Below are positions 61,673 through 64,000 of a stretch of 64,000 nt of DNA, in pieces (position 1 is the stretch's first letter; each line of letters opens with the position of its first letter). A model generated the notes under the pieces. That model was not told where the DNA came from. It saw only the letters and a program-made list of their open reading frames with translations, and ran no database searches. A program made the position numbers and the translations under genes. Source of the DNA: Vitrella brassicaformis CCMP3155 (lineage: Eukaryota > Protista > Chromerida); the NCBI GenBank assembly GCA_001179505.1, contig CDMY01000481.1, positions 1 to 64,000 of the forward strand, read 5' to 3'.

Positions 61673-63523
61673 ATGAAGATGCGGGCCGAGAAGGGCGGGC
61701 TCTCAAAAGTCTACCAAGGCGTCTGTGCAGGGGAGGAGGCGGCTTTCAAAACGGTTACGACTGAAGGCAAGGGGGCCTCGACTGACATCGCCTGCCTCAT
61801 CAGCGAGCGCCAGCGGCTGGAAGATCTCGCGAAGCTGGCGGGCGGCGGCGCGAACATCCGGGAGAGGGGCTTCCTGCCGCTGTACCACGCCAGCACCAAC
61901 ACACAGCAGCCTGCAACCCTTGTCGAGGGAGAGGGAGACGAGGCGACCAAGAGGCCGATCATCGTCCTGGTCACACCCTGGGTGTCCAGCGGCGATGATT
62001 CAGGCAAGTACGAGTTCATCGAGATAATGGCCGCCATATCAAAATACAACTTCCGCAAGATCTCGCAGAAGCACACGGCACCCCTGTCGGCCCCAGCAGA
62101 CGCCCAGGCCAAAGAGGAGGTGCTGATTGGCATTCGAGCTATCTGTCTATTCATTCACGCCCACATCACCGCCTCCAACGCCCTCCTCTACGCCCTGGAC
62201 AACATGGCGAGTGATGTGTTCCTCAAGTGGAGTGCATTGCTCGACAGGGGTGTTTTTCTGTCATGCTGCCCGTGGCCATCGACCAGCCTTCCCCACCACC
62301 CACCCTTTTTCGGTCGCTGCCCTGGGATGGTGATGATAGATCCCGCCAATGCACTGCGAGCAGAAGAGCCACCTAAGGGAGAAGGGGGTTGAGGCTTTGC
62401 AAGAGTACCCACTGACCATGGGGAGCAGGAGAAGCGGCTGCAGGTCGTCGGCCTGACGCCACACGCCGCACCTCCTGAGACCGCAGTGCTGAGATGGGTG
62501 GCCATCTGCGGGGCCACCGAGACACGAGGGGCAGAGAAGGAGGAGGTCAGGTCAATGGTGAACGAGATGAAGACGGCCATGAAGAAACGTGGCACGATGA
62601 CTGAGGAGGGAGAGGCCGTTTTCATCAGCCGCAAGGCCGTCAGCTGGGGAGTCGGCCAGATCCTCCGCCACTTTGTCTCTGGGGATTCGCACCCCATGGC
62701 GAGCATGGTCATCCACCAGCTGGACGCGGCTCTCAAGCAGGCAAGAAGGGAAGGGAGGCCGGCCGAGGAGGCGCAGGAGCTGGAGAAGAAAATGAAGCGC
62801 GAGAAGCTCATTTGCGATCTCAAGGACTGCCTCGAGTGGGAGAGCTTCTTGCCGAAGCTCTTCGACAACGGGCTTGGCAGGAGCTTTCGCAAGAGCGTCA
62901 AGCTGCTGCACGAAAGAGGGGAGACGGAGATGGAGTGGTCGAGAGAAATCGCCGAAGACATCAGCCGGCTGGCCTATGCAGCCCTCCAGGAAGATCCAGA
63001 GAAACGCCCGGGGCTAGAAGCAATTTTGAGGACCATACTGGAGGTCGAGCGGAGGCTGAGCGATGAGGCCAAGCAGCCGACGGGCAGCAGTGAGAGTGGC
63101 ATTAGCGGCAGAGTGCCATCAAGCGGCATTGGCCAGACGGGATCGTTGCCCTCGTGTCTCGAGATGCCCTCGTGCGCTTCCAAGCCCCCTCCCCCGGTCA
63201 CAGAGATGATGCGTGAGGCCATGATGGCTGCCGAGAGTGATGAGGTCACTCTGCAACAGCAGCAGCAGCAGCAGCAGCAGCAATACCAGCAAGAAGCAGC
63301 TGCCAACAACGCAAGGGCCAGGTGGAATATTGGGTGTTTCCTTAAGCGACTGTGGTCGAGGAGGGTCCAGCCCGCTGCTGAGTACAGCGACGTGGCGGAT
63401 GAGGAGAATTGGTCGTTAGTTGAGACACAGGAGGCGGAGGACTGGATGGAGCATGAGCGGCGAAGAGAAGCGGAGGAGTGGCAGTGGGTGGTGTTTGAGG
63501 CGGCCATGGAGGGTGGGGTCTGA
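61673..63523 (+). pseudogene. Divergent protein kinase-like (pseudokinase) ORF with in-frame TGA and poly-Q tail
   Basis: GGLSKVYQG, AAFK, ISERQRL, LDNMASDVFLK, IDPAN, AAPPE, AVSWGVG, LQEDPEKRP occur in kinase order; TGA 62390-62392 is in frame with the downstream ORF. Confidence 0.65.
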
Positions 63524-64000
63524 GGCTGGCTCCCTTCTTGCCCTTGACAACCTGCGGTCTGCATGATGTCGGTCTGTGTGTTGCCTGTCTGTGTGTCCGG
63601 CCGCCTAGCTGTTTGCCTGCATGGTGGCTCGCCTGCCTGACGTACACTTTCAGTGTTCCTCGCACACGTTCGTGCCTTTTTCCTCTCATTCGAGGGTGTA
63701 CGTGTGGGGTTGTTCCTTCCTCTCTGCCTTGGCATACTGCACTCATGATTCATTCATCTCCATGTCTGCAGTACATTTGACACGCACATTCATGCGTCGC
63801 TGCCTTCTTGTTCACACACGCATCGACCTTGTTTGCTCGCCTCTTTGCTCACGTCGGTCGTCACGCGGTTATCATTCATGTAAGGAAGGCGACTTGCTCA
63901 GTCGGTGGGTCAGTGGATCAGGAGACCTCCCTCTTCGCTTCGTTCCTCTTTTTGCTGCTGGCACTCATACTGTCTCTTTCCTTGATTCATACTTACCTTC

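Noticed and set aside
19623-62392. Alternative genetic code or selenocysteine (in-frame TGA at 19623, 35681, 62390)
   Set aside because: TAG and TAA stops and frameshifts disrupt genes equally, TGA also terminates normal genes, and the aligned paralog position (Pro) is not Trp, Cys or Sec

Overview
Eukaryotic, GC-rich, intron-dense genomic DNA with short GT-AG introns full of (GT)n/(GTCT)n microsatellites and four 300-N assembly gaps. The style strongly suggests the chromerid alveolate Vitrella brassicaformis; this is an inference from sequence style and was not checked against a database. The window is a turnover-rich accessory region. The main feature is a pair of paralogous large receptor-like genes (12722-~22299 and 27962-33899): signal peptide, plant-type 24-aa LRRs, a Cys-rich stalk and a multi-pass membrane module. 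Copy 1 carries a tandem array of ten phase-0 LRR cassette exons (72 or 144 nt) separated by near-identical ~90-nt introns, with variation concentrated at the exposed xxLxLxx residues; copy 2 has one such cassette. Both copies carry disabling lesions. Other genes: a rearranged intronless multi-TM gene family with a fold-back inversion, a MORN-repeat gene, and histidine phosphatase, ankyrin, BTB/FKBP-like, fused GT12-like+GT31-like glycosyltransferase, type II NAD(P)H dehydrogenase (probable bipartite plastid leader) and pseudokinase genes. Mobile and repeat elements: a TA-flanked Tc1/mariner-type MITE, two CRE-clade non-LTR retrotransposon copies (one with a 14-bp TSD splitting a host exon), an EnSpm/CACTA-like transposase fragment, a Copia gag, and a dispersed 60-bp palindrome-rich minisatellite that in one case forms an entire GT-AG intron flanked by a 4-bp duplication. 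No rRNA, tRNA or CRISPR array is supported.
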